Origin: Squalus acanthias
Lineage: Eukaryota
Direction of reading: 5' to 3'
DNA: 64,000 nt
Assembly (NCBI GenBank): GCA_030390025.1
Contig: JASTWF010000368.1
Location: 124,001-188,000 of the forward strand
Shown piece by piece: positions 14,701 to 29,141 of this stretch. Below the pieces are notes generated by a model. The model was not told the origin of the DNA and searched no databases. It worked only from the letters and a program-made list of their open reading frames with translations. Made by a program: the position numbers and the translations under genes. Positions within the stretch are counted from its first letter, which is position 1. Every line of letters begins with the position of its first letter.

Positions 14701-17700
14701 TCACTAATCCCACTGTCCCCAATCACTAATCCCACTGTCCCCAATCACTAATCCCACTGTCCCCAATCACTAATCCCACTGTCCCCAATCACTAATCCCA
14801 CTGTCCCCAATCACTAATCCCACTGTCCCCAATCACTAATCCCACTGTCCCCAATCACTAATCCCACTGTCCCCAATCACTAATCCCACTGTCCCCAATC
14901 ACTAATCCCACTGTCCCCAATCACTAATCCCACTGTCCCCAATCACTAATCCCACTGTCCCCAATCACTAATCCCACTGTCCCCAATCACTAATCCCACT
15001 GTCCCCAATCACTAATCCCACTGTCCCCAATCACTAATCCCACTGTCCCCAATCACTAATCCCACTGTCCCCAATCACTAATCCCACTGTCCCCAATCAC
15101 TAATCCCCCCAATCACTAATCCCACTGTCCCCAATCACTAATCCCACTGTCCCCAATCACTAATCCCACTGTCCCCAATCACTAATCCCACTGTCCCCAA
15201 TCACTAATCCCACTGTCCCCAATCACTAATCCCACTGTCCCCAATCACTAATCCCACTGTCCCCAATCACTCCACTTCCCCAATCACTAATCCACTGTCC
15301 CCAATTCACTAATCCCACTGTCCCCAATCACAAAACTGTCTCACCTAATCCCCCAATTCACTAATCCCACTGTCCCCAATCACTAATCCCACTGTACCCA
15401 ATCACTAATCCCACTGTCCCCAATCACTATTCCCACTGTCCCCAATCACTAATCCACTGTCCCCAATCACTAATCCCACTGTCCCAATCACTAATCCCAC
15501 TGTCCTCCAATCACTAATCCCACTGTCCCCAATCACTAATCCCTCTGTCCCAATCACTAATCCCACTGTCCCCAATCACTAATCCCACTGTCCCAATCAC
15601 TAATCCCACGTCCCCAATCACTATTCCCACTGTCCCCAACTCACTAATCCCACTGTCCCCAATCACTAATCCCACTGTCCCAAGCCATCCCAATCACTAA
15701 TCCCACTGTCCCCAATCACTAATTCCCACTGTCCCCAATCACTACTCCCACTGACTATCCCACTGTCCCCAATCACTAATCCCACTGTCCCCAATCACTA
15801 ATCCCACTGTCCCCAATCACTAATCCCACTGTCCCCAATCACTAATCCCACTGTCCCCAATCACTAATCCCACTGTCCCCAATCACTAATCCCACTGTCC
15901 CAATCACTAATCCCCCAATCACTAATCCCACTGTCCCCAATCACTAATCCCACTGTCCCCAATCACTAATCCCACTGTCCCAATCACTAATCCCACTGTC
16001 CCCAATCACTAATCCCACTGTCCCCAATCACTAATCCCACTGTCCCCAATCACTAATCCCACTGTCCCCAATCACTAATCCCACTGTCCCCAATCACTAA
16101 TCCCACTGTCCCCAATCACTAATCCCCTCCCAATCACTAATCCCACTGTCCCCAATCACTAATCCCACTGTCCCCAATCACTAATCCCACTGTCCCAATC
16201 ACTAATCCCACTGTCCCCAATCACTAATCCCACTGTCCCCAATCACTAATCCCACTGTCCCCAATCACTAATCCCCCCAATCACTAATCCCACTGTCCCC
16301 AATCACTAATCCCACTGTCCCCAATCACTAATCCCACTGTCCCCAATCACTAATCCCACTGTCCCCAATCACTAATCCCACTGTCCCCAATCACTAATCC
16401 CNNNNNNNNNNNNNNNNNNNNNNNNNNNNNNNNNNNNNNNNNNNNNNNNNNNNNNNNNNNNNNNNNNNNNNNNNNNNNNNNNNNNNNNNNNNNNNNNNNN
16501 NNNNNNNNNNNNNNNNNNNNNNNNNNNNNNNNNNNNNNNNNNNNNNNNNNNNNNNNNNNNNNNNNNNNNNNNNNNNNNNNNNNNNNNNNNNNNNNNNNNN
16601 NCCCCAATCACTAATCCCACTGTCCCCAATCACTAATCCCACTGTCCCAATCACTAATCCCACTGTCCCAATCACTAATCCCACTGTCCCCAATCACTAA
16701 TCCCACTGTCCCCAATCACTAATCCCACTGTCCCCAATCACTAATCCCACTGTCCCCAATCACTAATCCCACTGTCCCAATCACTAATCCCACTGTCCCA
16801 ATCACTAATCCCACTGTCCCAATCACTAATCCCACTGTCCCCAATCACTAATCCCACAGTCCCCAATCACTAATCCCCAATCACTAATCCACTGTCCCCA
16901 ATCACTAATCCCACTGTCCCCAATCACTAATCCCACTGTCCCCAATCACTAATCCCACTGTCCCCAATCACTAATCCCACTGTCCCCAATCACTAATCCC
17001 ACTGTCCCCAATCACTAATCCCACTGTCCCCAATCACTAATCCCACTGTCCCCAATCACTAATCCCACTGTCCCAATCACTAATCCCCCCAATCACTAAT
17101 CCCACTGTCCCCAATCACTATCCCACTGTCCCAATCACTATCCCACTGTCCCCAATCACTAATCCCACTGTCCCCAATCACTAATCCCACTGTCCCCAAT
17201 CACTAATCCCACTGTCCCCAATCACTAATCCCACTGTCCCCAATCACTAATCCCACTGTCCCCAATCACTAATCCCACTGTCCCCAATCACTAATCCCAC
17301 TGTCCCCAATCACTAATCCACTGTCCCCAATCACTAATCCCACTGTCCCCAATCACTAATCCCACTGTCCCCAATCACTAATCCCACTGTCCCAATCACT
17401 AATCCCACTGTCCCCAATCACTAATCCCACTGTCCCCAATCACTAATCCCACTGTCCCCAATCACTAATCCCACTGTCCCCAATCACTAATCCCACTGTC
17501 CCCAATCACTAATCCCACTGTCCCCAATCACTAATCCCACTGTCCCCAATCACTAATCCCACTGTCCCCAATCACTAATCCCACTGTCCCCAATCACTAA
17601 TCCCACTGTCCCCAATCACTAATCCCACTGTCCCCAATCACTAATCCCACTGTCCCAATCACTAATCCCCCCAATCACTAATCCCACTGTCCCCAATCAC

Positions 17701-20700
17701 TAATCCCACTGTCCCCAATCACTAATCCCACTGTCCCCAATCACTAATCCCACTGTCCCCAATCACTAATCCCACTGTCCCAATCACTAATCCCACTGTC
17801 CCCAATCACTAATCCCACTGTCCCCAATCACTATCCCACTGTCCCAATCACTAATCCCACTGTCCCCAATCACTATCCCACTGTCCCCAATCACTAATCC
17901 ACTGTCCCATCACTAATCCCTCTGTCCCCAATCACTAATCCCACTGTCCCCCATCACTATCCCATGTCCCCATCTCACTAATCCCCTGTCCAATCACTAA
18001 TCCCACTGTCCTCAAATACACTATCCCACTGTCCCCAATCACTAATCCACTGTCCAATCACTAATCCACTGTCCCCAATCACTAATCCCCTGTCAACTCA
18101 CTAATCCCACTGTCCCCAATCACTAATCCACCCCCAATCACTAATCCCCCACACTCCCGTCCCCAATCACTATCCCACAGCTCCCCAATCACTAATCCAC
18201 TGCTCCCCAATCACCTAATCCCCACTGTCCCCAATCACTAATCCCACTGTCCCCAATCACTAATCCCACTGTCCTCAATCACTTATCCCACTGTCCCCAA
18301 TCACTATCCCACTGTCCCCAATCACTAATCCCACTGTCCCCAATCACTAATCCCACTGTCCCCAATCACTAATCCCACTGTCCCCATATCACTAATCCCA
18401 CTGTCCCCAATCACTAATCCCACTGTCCCCATCACTAATCCACTGTCCCAATCACTAATCCCACTGTCCCAATCACTAATCCCACTGTCCCCAATCACTA
18501 ATCCACTGTCTCCCCAATCACTAATCCCACTGTCCCCAATCACTAATCCCACTGTCCCCAATCACTAATCTCCACTGTCCCAATCACTAATCCACTGTCC
18601 CCAATCACTAATCCCACTGTCCCAATCACTAATCCCACTGTCCCCAATTCACAATCCCACTGTCCCCCAATCACTAATCCCACTGTCCCCAATCACTAAT
18701 CCCACTGTCCCCAATCACTAATCCACTGTCCCCATCACTAGATCCCACTGTCCCAATCACTAATCCCACTGTCCCCAATCACTAATCCCACCCAATCACT
18801 AATCCCACTGTCCCCAATCACTAATCCAACTGTCCCCAATCACTAATCCCCCCAAATCACTAATCCCACTGTCCCCAATCACTAATCCACTGTCCCCAAT
18901 CACTAATCCCACTGTCCCCATCACTAATCCCACTGTCCCCAATCACTATTCCCACTGTCCCCAATCACTAATCCGCACTGTCCCATCACTAATCCCACTG
19001 TCCCAATCACTAATCCCACTGTCCCAATCACTAATCCCACTGTCCCCAATCACTAATCCACTGTCCCCAATCACTAATCCCACTGTCCCCAATCACTAAT
19101 CCCACTGTCCAATCACTAATCCCACTGTCCCCAATCACTAATCCCACTGTCCCCAATCACTAATCCCACTGTCCCCAATCACTAATCCCACTGTCCCAAT
19201 CACTAATCCCACTGTCCCAATCACTAATCCCACTGTCCCAATCACTAATCCCACTGTCCCCAATCACTAATCCCACTGTCCCAAATCACTAATCCCACTG
19301 TCCCCAATCACTAATCCCACTGTCCCCAAATCACTAATCCCCACTGTCCCAATCACTAATCCCACTGTCCCAATCACTAATCCCACTGTCCCCCAATCAC
19401 TAATCCCACTGTCCCCTATCACTAATCCCCACTGTCCCCAATCACTAATCCCACTGTCCCCAATCACTAATCCCACTGTCCCCAATCACTAATCCCACTG
19501 TCCCCAATCACTAATCCACTGTCCCCAATCACTAATCCCACTGTCCCCAATCACTAATCCCACTGTCCCCAATCACTAATCCCACTGTCCCCAATCACTA
19601 ATCCCCCAATCACTAATCCCACTGTCCCCAATCACTAATCCCACTGTCCCCAATCTCACTAATCCCCCCAATCACTAATCCCACTGTCCCCAATCACTAA
19701 TCCCACTGTCCCAATCACTAATCCCACTGTCCCCAATCACTAATCCCACTGTCCCAATCACTAATCCCACTGTCCCCAATCACTAATCCCACTGTCCCCA
19801 ATCACTAATCCCCCCAATCACTAATCCCACTGTCCCCAATCACTAATCCCACTGTCCCCAATCACTAATCCCACTGTCCCCAATCACTAATCCCACTGTC
19901 CCCAATCACTAATCCCACTGTCCCCAATCACTAATCCCACTGTCCCCAATCACTAATCCCACTGTCCCCAATCACTAATCTCCCCAATCACTAATCCCAC
20001 TGTCCCCAATCACTAATCCCACTGTCCCCAATCACTAATCCCACTGTCCCCAATCACTAATCCCACTGTCCCCAATCACTAATCCCACTGTCCCCAATCA
20101 CTAATCCACTGTCCCAATCACTAATCCCACTGTCCCCAATCACTAATCCCACTGTCCCCAATCACTAATCCCACTGTCCCCAATCACTAATCCCACTGTC
20201 CCCAATCACTAATCCCACTGTCCCCAATCACTAATCCCACTGTCCCCAATCACTAATCCCCCCAATCACTAATCCCACTGTCCCCAATCACTAATCCCAC
20301 TGTCCCCAATCACTAATCCCACTGTCCCCAATCACTAATCCCACTGTCCCCAATCACTAATCCCACTGTCCCCAATCACTAATCCCCCCAATCACTAATC
20401 CCACTGTCCCCAATCACTAATCCCACTGTCCCCAATCACTAATCCCACTGTCCCCAATCACTAATCCCACTGTCCCCAATCACTAATCCCCCCAATCACT
20501 AATCCCACTGTCCCCAATCACTAATCCCACTGTCCCCAATCACTAATCCCACTGTCCCCAATCACTAATCCCACTGTCCCCAATCACTAATCCACTGTCC
20601 CCAATCACTAATCCCACTGTCCCCAATCACTAATCCCACTGTCCCCAATCACTAATCCCACTGTCCCCAATCACTAATCCCACTGTCCCCAATCACTAAT

Positions 20701-23530
20701 CCCACTGTCCCCAATCACTAATCCCACTGTCCTCAATCACTAATCCCACTGTCCCCAATCACTAATCCCACTGTCCCCAATCACTAATCCCACTGTCCCC
20801 AATCACTAATCCCACTGTCCCCAATCACTAATCCCACTGTCCCCAATCACTAATCCCACTGTCCCCAATCACTAATCCCACTGTCCCCAATCACTAATCC
20901 CACTGTCCCCAATCACTAATCCCACTGTCCCCAATCACTAATCCCACTGTCCCCAATCACTAATCCCACTGTCCCCAATCACTAATCCCACTGTCCCCAA
21001 TCACTAATCCCACTGTCCCCAATCACTAATCCCACTGTCCCCAATCACTAATCCCACTGTCCCCAATCACTAATCCCCCAATCACTAATCCCACTGTCCC
21101 CAATCACTAATCCCACTGTCCCCAATCACTAATCCCACTGTCCCCAATCACTAATCCCACTGTCCCCAATCACTAATCCCACTGTCCCCAATCACTAATC
21201 CCACTGTCCCCAATCACTAATCCCACTGTCCCCAATCACTAATCCCACTGTCCCCAATCACTAATCCCACTGTCCCCAATCACTAATCCCACTGTCCCCA
21301 ATCACTAATCCCCCCAATCACTAATCCCACTGTCCCCAATCACTAATCCCACTGTCCCCAATCACTAATCCCACTGTCCCCAATCACTAATCCCACTGTC
21401 CCCAATCACTAATCCCACTGTCCCCAATCACTAATCCCACTGTCCCCAATCACTAATCCCACTGTCCCCAATCAACTAATCCATCCATCTGTCCCCAATC
21501 ACTAATCCCACTGTCCCCAATCACTAATCCCACTGTCCCCAATCACTAATCCCACTGTCCCCAATCACTAATCCCACTGTCCCCAATCACTAATCCCACT
21601 GTCCCCAATCACTAATCCACTGTCCCAATCACTAATCCCACTGTCCCCAATCACTAATCCCACTGTCCCCAATCACTAATCCCACTGTCCCCAATCACTA
21701 ATCCCACTGTCCCCAATCACTAATCCCACTGTCCCCAATCACTAATCCCACTGTCCCCAATCACTAATCCCCCCAATCACTAATCCCACTGTCCCCAATC
21801 ACTAATCCCACTGTCCCCAATCACTAATCCACTGTCCCAATCACTAATCCCACTGTCCCCAATCACTAATCCACTGTCCCCAATCACTAATCCCCCCAAT
21901 CACTAATCCCACTGTCCCCAATCACTAATCCCACTGTCCCCAATCACTAATCCCACTGTCCCCAATCACTAATCCCACTGTCCCCAATCACTAATCCCCC
22001 CAATCACTAATCCCACTGTCCTCAATCACTAATCCCACTGTCCCCAATCACTAATCCCCCCAATCACTAATCCCACTGTCCCCAATCACTAATCCCACTG
22101 TCCCCAATCACTAATCCCACTGTCCCCAATCACTAATCCCCCCAATCACTAATCCCACTGTCCCCAATCACTAATCCCACTGTCCTCAATCACTAATCCC
22201 ACTGTCCCCAATCACTAATCCCACTGTCCTCAATCACTAATCCCACTGTCCCCAATCACTAATCCCCCCAATCACTAATCCCACTGTCCCCAATCACTAA
22301 TCCCACTGTCCCCAATCACTAATCCCCCAATCACTAATCCCACTGTCCCCAATCACTAATCCCCCCAATCACTAATCCCACTGTCCCCAATCACTAATCC
22401 CACTGTCCCCAATCACTAATCCCCCCAATCACTAATCCCACTGTCCCCAATCACTAATCCCACTGTCCCCAATCACTAATCCCCCCAATCACTAATCCCA
22501 CTGTCCCCAATCACTAATCCCACTGTCCCCAATCACTAATCCCACTGTCCCCAATCACTAATCCCACTGTCCCCAATCACTAATCCCACTGTCCCCAATC
22601 ACTAATCCCACTGTCCCCAATCACTAATCCCACTGTCCCCAATCACTAATCCCACTGTCCCCAATCACTAATCCCACTGTCCCCAATCACTAATCCCACT
22701 GTCCCCAATCACTAATCCCACTGTCCCCAATCACTAATCCCACTGTCCCCAATCACTAATCCCACTGTCCCCAATCACTAATCCCACTGTCCCCAATCAC
22801 TAATCCCACTGTCCCCAATCACTAATCCCCCCAATCACTAATCCCACTGTCCCCAATCACTAATCCCACTGTCCCCAATCACTAATCCCACTGTCCCCAA
22901 TCACTAATCCCACTGTCCCCAATCACTAATCCCACTGTCCCCAATCACTAATCCCACTGTCCCCAATCACTAATCCCACTGTCCCCAATCACTAATCCCA
23001 CTGTCCCCAATCACTAATCCCACTGTCCTCAATCACTAATCCCCCCAATCACTAATCCCACTGTCCCCAATCACTAATCCCACTGTCCTCAATCACTAAT
23101 CCCACTGTCCCCAATCACTAATCCCACTGTCCCCAATCACTAATCCCACTGTCCTCAATCACTAATCCCCCCAATCACTAATCCCACTGTCCCCAATCAC
23201 TAATCCCACTGTCCCCAATCACTAATCCCACTGTCCCCAATCACTAATCCCACTGTCCCCATCCCAATCCCACTGTCCCCAATCACTAATCCCCCCAATC
23301 ACTAATCCCACTGTCCCCAATCACTAATCCCACTGTCCCCAATCACTAATCCCACTGTCCCCAATCACTAATCCCACTGTCCCCATCCCAATCCCACTGT
23401 CCCCAATCACTAATCCCACTGTCCCCAATCACTAATCCCACTGTCCCCAATCACTAATCCCACTGTCCCCATCCCAATCCCACTGCCCCCAATCCCAATC
23501 CCACTGATCCCAATCCCACTGTCCCAATTG
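2757..23530. repeat. ~21-kb 22-bp minisatellite (CCAATCACTAATCCCACTGTCC)n in intron 1 of gene A
   Basis: Hundreds of near-identical units; a shorter ~15-bp CCCCAATCCCACTGT variant at both edges. Confidence 0.99.
16402..16601. other. Assembly gap (200 N) inside the minisatellite
   Basis: Run of exactly 200 N. Confidence 1.
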
Positions 23531-23639
23531 CCTTTAGACTATAAGCCTTTGATGCTCCAGGAGCACTCTGGGTTTCTGTAGAGTTTCCAGTATTTCTTCA
23601 CCAATCAGAATGATTGTGTTATCACATCAACCCAGTAAC

Positions 23640-24190
23640 ATCGGATTCCATAGGCTATACGGCACAGAAACAGGCCATTCGGCCCAACCAGTCCATGCCG
23701 GTGTTTATGCTCCACTTGAGCCTCCTCCCGTCTTTCCTCATCTAAATCTATCAGCCTAACCCTCTATTCCCTTCTCTCTCATTTGCTTATCTAGCCTCCC
23801 CTTAAATGCATCAATGTTATTCGCCTCAACCACTCCCTGTGGTAGCGAGTTCCACATTCTCCCCACTCTTTGGGTAAAGAAGTTTCTCCTGAATTCCCTA
23901 TTGGATTTCTTGCTGACTATCTTATATCGATGGCCTCTAGTTATGCTCTTCCCCACAGGTGGAAACACTCTCTCTGTATCCACGCTATCAAAACCTTTAA
24001 TAATTTTAAAGACCTCTATTAGGTCACCCCTCAGCCTTCTTTTTTCAAGAGAAAAGAGCCCCAGCCTGTTCATTCTTTCCTGATAGGTATAACCTCGCAT
24101 TTCTGGTACCATCCTTGTAAATCTTCTCTGCACCCTCTCCAGTGCCTCGAAATCCTTTTATAATATGGCGACCAGAACTGCACACCGTTG
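23640..24190 (-). mobile_element. CR1 LINE 3' fragment
   Basis: QRRFTRMVPEMRG...LGLFSLEKRRLRGDLIEVFK...FFTQRVGRMWNSLP followed by a CR1-type 3' UTR. Confidence 0.92.
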
Positions 24191-24245
24191 TACCACAATT
24201 GTAACAGGGCATCAGATTAATTCCTTCTCCTCGCTTCCTCCTCAG

Positions 24246-24346
24246 AGATGACACTAAGCAATGTGGTTCTCATCATCTGTCTCCATATCAATCTCATCTA
24301 CACCTTCATGTTCATCATCTCCGAATCGAGCCTCTTCCACCAAAAG
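24246..24346 (+). CDS. Gene A exon 2 (TMEM17-like, first TM helix): EMTLSNVVLIICLHINLIYTFMFIISESSLFHQK
   Basis: Polypyrimidine acceptor CTTCCTCTCAG, donor AAG|GTGGGT; phase 1 to 0; aligns to TMEM17/TMEM216 'SS..LQM.LYFN..Y......K'. Confidence 0.85.
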
Positions 24347-24407
24347 GTGGGTCAATACACCCAGGCACAGGGAGTTCAGACCCTGAACTTTCACCCTTCG
24401 CAACCTG

Positions 24408-24703
24408 GGAGCTTTACTTTGTATCTAACCCGTGCTGTCCCTGCCCTGGGAGTGTTTGATGGGACAGTGTAGAGGGAGCTTTACTCTGTATCTAACCCGT
24501 GCTGTACCTGCCCTGGGAGTGTTTGATGGGACAGTGTAGAGGGAGCTTTACTCTGTATCTAACCCGTGCTGTACCTGCCCTGGGAGTGTTTGATGGGACA
24601 GTGTAGAGGGAGCTTTACTCTGTATCTAACGCATGCTGTACCTGCCCTGGGAGTGTTTGATGGGACAGTGCAGAGGGAGCTTTACTCTGTATCTTACCCA
24701 TGC
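24408..24703. repeat. 67-bp minisatellite, left part
   Basis: GTATCTAACC recurs at 24421, 24488 and 24555. Confidence 0.95.
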
Positions 24704-26640
24704 TGAATCTGAAACTAAGGTCTTCAATCTAAACAGAGGAAACTACAAGGGTATGAGGGACAAGTTGGCCATGGTAGATTACACTAAAAGGTATGACGGT
24801 GGACATACAATGGCTAACATTCAAGGAAATAATGCATAATTTGCAACAAACATATATTCCTCTCGGGCATAAAAACCCAAAAGGAAAAGTGATCCAACAT
24901 TGGCTAACAAAAGAAATTAAAGCTAGTATTAAGTAAAAGGAGGAAGCTTATAAAGTTGCCAGCAAAAGCGGTCAGCCTGAGGATTGGGATCTTTTTAGAA
25001 ATCAGCAAAGGGGTACCAAGAAATTGATAAAGAAAGGGAAAATGGAATATTAGCACAAACTAGCGAAAAATATAAAAACGGATTGTAAAAGCTTCTATAG
25101 GTATGTGAAAAGGAAAAGACTGGCGAAGGTAAATGTAGGTCCTTTACAGTCAGAGACGGGAGAATTTATAATGGGGAATGAGGAAATGGCAGAGAAATTA
25201 AATAAATACTTTGTTTCTCTCTTCACGGAGGAAGACGCAAAAAACCTCCCAGAAATACGAGAAAACCAAGGGTGTGACGAGAATGAGGAACTTAAAGAAA
25301 TTATTATTCGTTAAAAAACAGTACTAGCAAAATTAATGGGACTAAAAGTCAACAAATCCCAAGGACCGGATGACCTACATCCTAGGGTTTTGAAAGAGGT
25401 GGCCATTGGAATAGTGGACGCATTGGTTGTCATCTTCCAAAATTCTATAGATTCTGGAACGGTTCCTGCAGATTGGAGGATAGCAAATGTAACCCTGCTA
25501 TTTAAGAAAGGAGGGAGAGAGAAAACGGGGAACTACAGACCTGTTAGCCTCACATCAGTAGTTGGGAAAATGCTGGAATCTATTATAAAGGATGCAATAA
25601 CTGGGCACTTAGAAACTAATAGTAAGATTGGGCAGAGTCAACATGGATTTATGAAAGGGAAATCCTGTTTGACAAACCTATTGGAGTTCTTTGAGGATGT
25701 AACTAGTGGAGTAGACAAAGGGGAACCGGTAGATGTGGTGTATTTGGATTTTCAGAAGGCCTTCGATAAGGTCCCACACAAGAGGTTGGTGAACAAAATT
25801 AGGGCACATGGAATTGGGGGTAATATATTAGCATGGATTGAGAATTGGTTAACAGACAGAAAACAAAGAGTAGAGATAAATGGGTCTTTTTCAGGATGGC
25901 AGGCTGTGACTAGTGGGGTACCGCAAGGATCGTTTTTTGGGCCCCAGCTATTCACAATCTATATCAATGATTTGGATGAGGGGACTAAATGTAACATTTC
26001 CAAATTTGCTGATGATACAAAGCTAGATGGCAGTGTCAGTTGCGAAGAGGATGTGAAGAGGCTTCAAGGGGATCTCGACAGGCTCAGTGAGTGGGCGAGA
26101 ACATCGCAGATGGAATATAATGTGGATAAATGTGAAGTTATCCACTTTGGTAGAAAAAACAGAAAGGCAGAGTATTTCCTAAATGGTGAAAGATTGGGGA
26201 ATGCAGATGCTCAAAGGGACCTGGGTGTCCTTGTACATGAGTCACTGAAAGTGAATGTGCAGGTGCAGCAAGCCATTAGGAAGGCAAATGGTATGCTGGC
26301 CTTCATTACAAGAGGATTTGAGTACAGGAGTAAAGAAGTCTTACTCCAATTATACAGGGCCTTGGTGAGACCACACCTGGAGTACTGTGTATAATTTTGG
26401 TCTCCTTACCTAAGGAAGGATATACTTGCCATAAAGGGAGTGCAACGAAGGTTCACGAGATTGATTCCTGGGATGGTGGGACTGTCGTATGAGAAGAGAT
26501 TGAGTAAACTAGGCCTGTATTCTCTTGAATTCAGAAGAATGAGAGGTGATCTCATTGAAGCATACAAAATTATTACAGGGCTTGATAGGATGGATGCTGG
26601 GAGAATGTTTCCCTCTGCTGGGGTGTCTAGAACCAGGGTT
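24704..26640 (+). mobile_element. CR1 LINE ORF2 (reverse transcriptase), truncated and with stops, inserted in the 67-bp array
   Basis: [27 protein letters not shown] and FADD motifs in ORF 25336-26394. Confidence 0.95.
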
Positions 26641-27140
26641 TGATGAGACAGTGTAGAGCGATCTTTACTCTGTATCTAACCAGTGCTGTACATGCCCTGG
26701 GAGTGTTTGATGAGACAGTGTCGAGGGAGCTTTACTCTGTATCTAACCCGTGTTGTTCCTGCCCTGGGAGTGTTTGATGGGACAGTGTAGAGGGAGCTTT
26801 ACTCTGTATCTAACCCGTGCTGTACCTGCCCTGGGAGTGTTTGATGGGACAGTGTAGAGGGAGCTTTACTCTGTATCTAACCCGTGCTGTACCTGCCCTG
26901 GAGGTGTTTGATGGGACAGTGTAGAGGGAGCTTTACTCTGTATCTAACCCGTGCTGTACCTGCCCTGGGAGTGTTTGATGGGACAGTGTAGAGGGAACTT
27001 TACTCTGTATCTAACCCCGTGCTGTACCTGCCCTGGGAGTGTTTGATGGGACAGTGTCGAGGGAGCTTTACTCTGTGTCTAACCCGTGCTGTACCTGCCC
27101 TGGGAGTGTTTGATGGGACAGTGTAGAGCGAGCTTTACTG
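26641..27140. repeat. 67-bp minisatellite, right part
   Basis: Same unit as 24408-24703. Confidence 0.95.
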
Positions 27141-27252
27141 TTCCCAGCACTGTGTACCCTTAGCACAGAAAGGAAATTAAACTGAACGGTTGTGGATGAG
27201 TGAGATGTTGACACTGCACCATGTCACCACAACACCCTCTCTCTCCATTCAG

Positions 27253-27363
27253 TTAGATGAATTTGATACCCAGGAAAGGGTCTATTTGATAGGAGCGATG
27301 ATACTTTTATTTGCCTTCGAATTAATGCGTCTGCGATTTGGCTACATCGGAAGCGCCAACCAG
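27253..27363 (+). CDS. Gene A exon 3 (TMEM17-like): LDEFDTQERVYLIGAMILLFAFELMRLRFGYIGSANQ
   Basis: Acceptor CTCTCCATTCAG, donor CAG|GTTAGT; 111 nt, phase 0/0; carries the family motif E..RL..GY.G. Confidence 0.9.
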
Positions 27364-27377
27364 GTTAGTATAAATCC

Positions 27378-27860
27378 CTGCCAGGGTGTCCTCTCTATAT
27401 CCCTCTCTTTCCCCAGGGTATACCCTCTATATATCCCTGTTCCCCAGGGTGTCCCCTCTATATATCCCCGTTCCCCAGGGTGTTCCCTCTCTATATCCCT
27501 CTGTTCCCCAGGGTGTCCTCTCTATATCCCTGTTCCCCAGGGTGTACCCTCTCTATATCCCTGTTCCCCAGGGTGTCCACTCTCTATATCCCTGTTCCCC
27601 AGGGTGTTCCCTCTATATCCCTCTGTTCCCCAGGGTGTTCCCTCTATATCCCTCTGTTCCCCAGGGTGTGTCCTCTCTATATCCCTCTGTTCCCCAGGGT
27701 GTCCCCTCTCTATATCCCTCTGTTCCCCAGGGTGTCCCCTCTCTATATCCCTCTGTTCCCCAGGGTGTCCCCTCTCTATATCCCTCTGTTCCCGTGTGTC
27801 CCCTCTATATATCCCTCTGTTCCCGTGTGTCCCCTCTCTATATCCCTCTGTTCTCCATCG
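27378..27860. repeat. ~30-32-bp minisatellite (CCCAGGGTGTCCCCTCTCTATATCCCTCTGTT)
   Basis: Visible tandem units. Confidence 0.9.
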
Positions 27861-27884
27861 TATACCCAAGTCTAGGTCATTAAT

Positions 27885-28165
27885 ATATATCTAAAAGTGT
27901 GGTGGGCCTAACACCGACCCGCTGGGGAACACCATTGTGTTCCTCCCCTTCTCCAGTGAAGACAGTTGCAAAGTACTCATTTCCTACCTCAGCCATGCTC
28001 TCTGCCTCCACAAGATCATCTCCTTTTTGGTTCCTAATCGGCCCCACCCTTCCTTTTACAATTTACATGTTTATGGGTACCCTTTTATGTTAGCTGTGAA
28101 TCTATTCTCGTACTCTTTCTCTGCCCCTCTTGTTCCCTTTCTGAGATCTCCTCTGTACTTTTAGT
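27885..28165 (-). mobile_element. Degraded CR1 fragments
   Basis: Reverse strand reads NEYFATVFT, a CR1 ORF2 tether motif, next to a GVPQ-like RT fragment. Confidence 0.6.
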
Positions 28166-28264
28166 ATTCAGCTCGGTTCTCCACTGAATTATGAACCTGA
28201 CATTTGTCAATGTTGCTAACAAATGTATAATGTGGTGTTTTATCAAACACCTTCTGATAGTGCT

Positions 28265-28785
28265 GAGCTCTGTCTCTCTCTCCCTGTCTGTCCGTCCGTC
28301 TAACTCTCTCACTGTCTTTCTCTCTCTCCCTGTCTCTTTCTCCCTGTCTCTCTCCCTCTCTGACTCTCTCTCTCTCCCTCGCTCATCTCTCTCACTGTCT
28401 CTCTGTCTCTCTCCCCCTCTCTCTCTCTCTCTGTCTCTCCCCCTCTCTCTCTCTGACTCTCTGTCTCTCTCCCTCTCTGTGTCTCTCTTTCTCCCTATCT
28501 CTCTCCCTCTCTGACTCTCTCTCTCCCTCGCTCTCTCTCTCTGTCTCTCTCCCCCTCTCTCTCTCTGACTCTCTGTCTCTCTCTGTCTCTCTCCCCCTCT
28601 CTCTCTCTCCCTCTCTGTGTGTCTCGCTCTCTCTCTGTGTCTCTCTCTCACTGTCTCTCTCTCTCTGTCTCTCTTTCTCTCTCTCTCTCTCCGTCTCTCT
28701 CCCTCTCTGTGTCTCTCTCCCTCTCTGACTCTCTCTCTCTCTGTCTCTCTCCCTCTCTGACTCTCTCTCACTGTCTCTCTCTTTC

Positions 28786-28816
<31 letters not shown>

Positions 28817-29110
28817 GTCTGTCTCTCTCTCTCTATCTCGCTCTGTCTCTTTCTCTCTCTCTCTTTCTCTCTCTGTCTCTCTCTCTCTGTCTCTCTCCCT
28901 CTCTCTGTCTGTCTGTCTCTCTCTCTCTATCTCGCTCTGTCTCTTTCTCTCTCTGACTCTCTCTCTCTCTCTCTGTCTCTCTATCTCTCTCTCTGTCTGT
29001 CTCTCTGTCTGTCTCCCTCTCTCTGTGTCTCCCTCTCTCATTCACTGTGCTCTGAGCTGTGTCCCTCTCTCCCAATCCCCCCGACGATCTCTCTCGCTCT
29101 CGCTCCCTCC
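28265..29110. repeat. (CT)n-rich compound microsatellite upstream of gene A exon 4
   Basis: Direct inspection. Confidence 0.97.
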
Positions 29111-29141
29111 ACTCCCTCACCGTGTGTCCCTCTCTCCGCAG

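Noticed and set aside
2757..23530. Telomeric or interstitial telomeric repeat; Pro-rich and Gly-rich ORFs
   Set aside because: The unit is a 22-mer with CTAATCCC rather than (CCCTAA)n; the ORFs are translations of the repeat
25336..26394. Stand-alone reverse transcriptase gene (retron or DGR-like system)
   Set aside because: An ordinary truncated CR1 ORF2 with stops on both sides
28085..29141. RE-rich and SL-rich ORFs (318 aa and 284 aa)
   Set aside because: Translations of a (CT)n microsatellite
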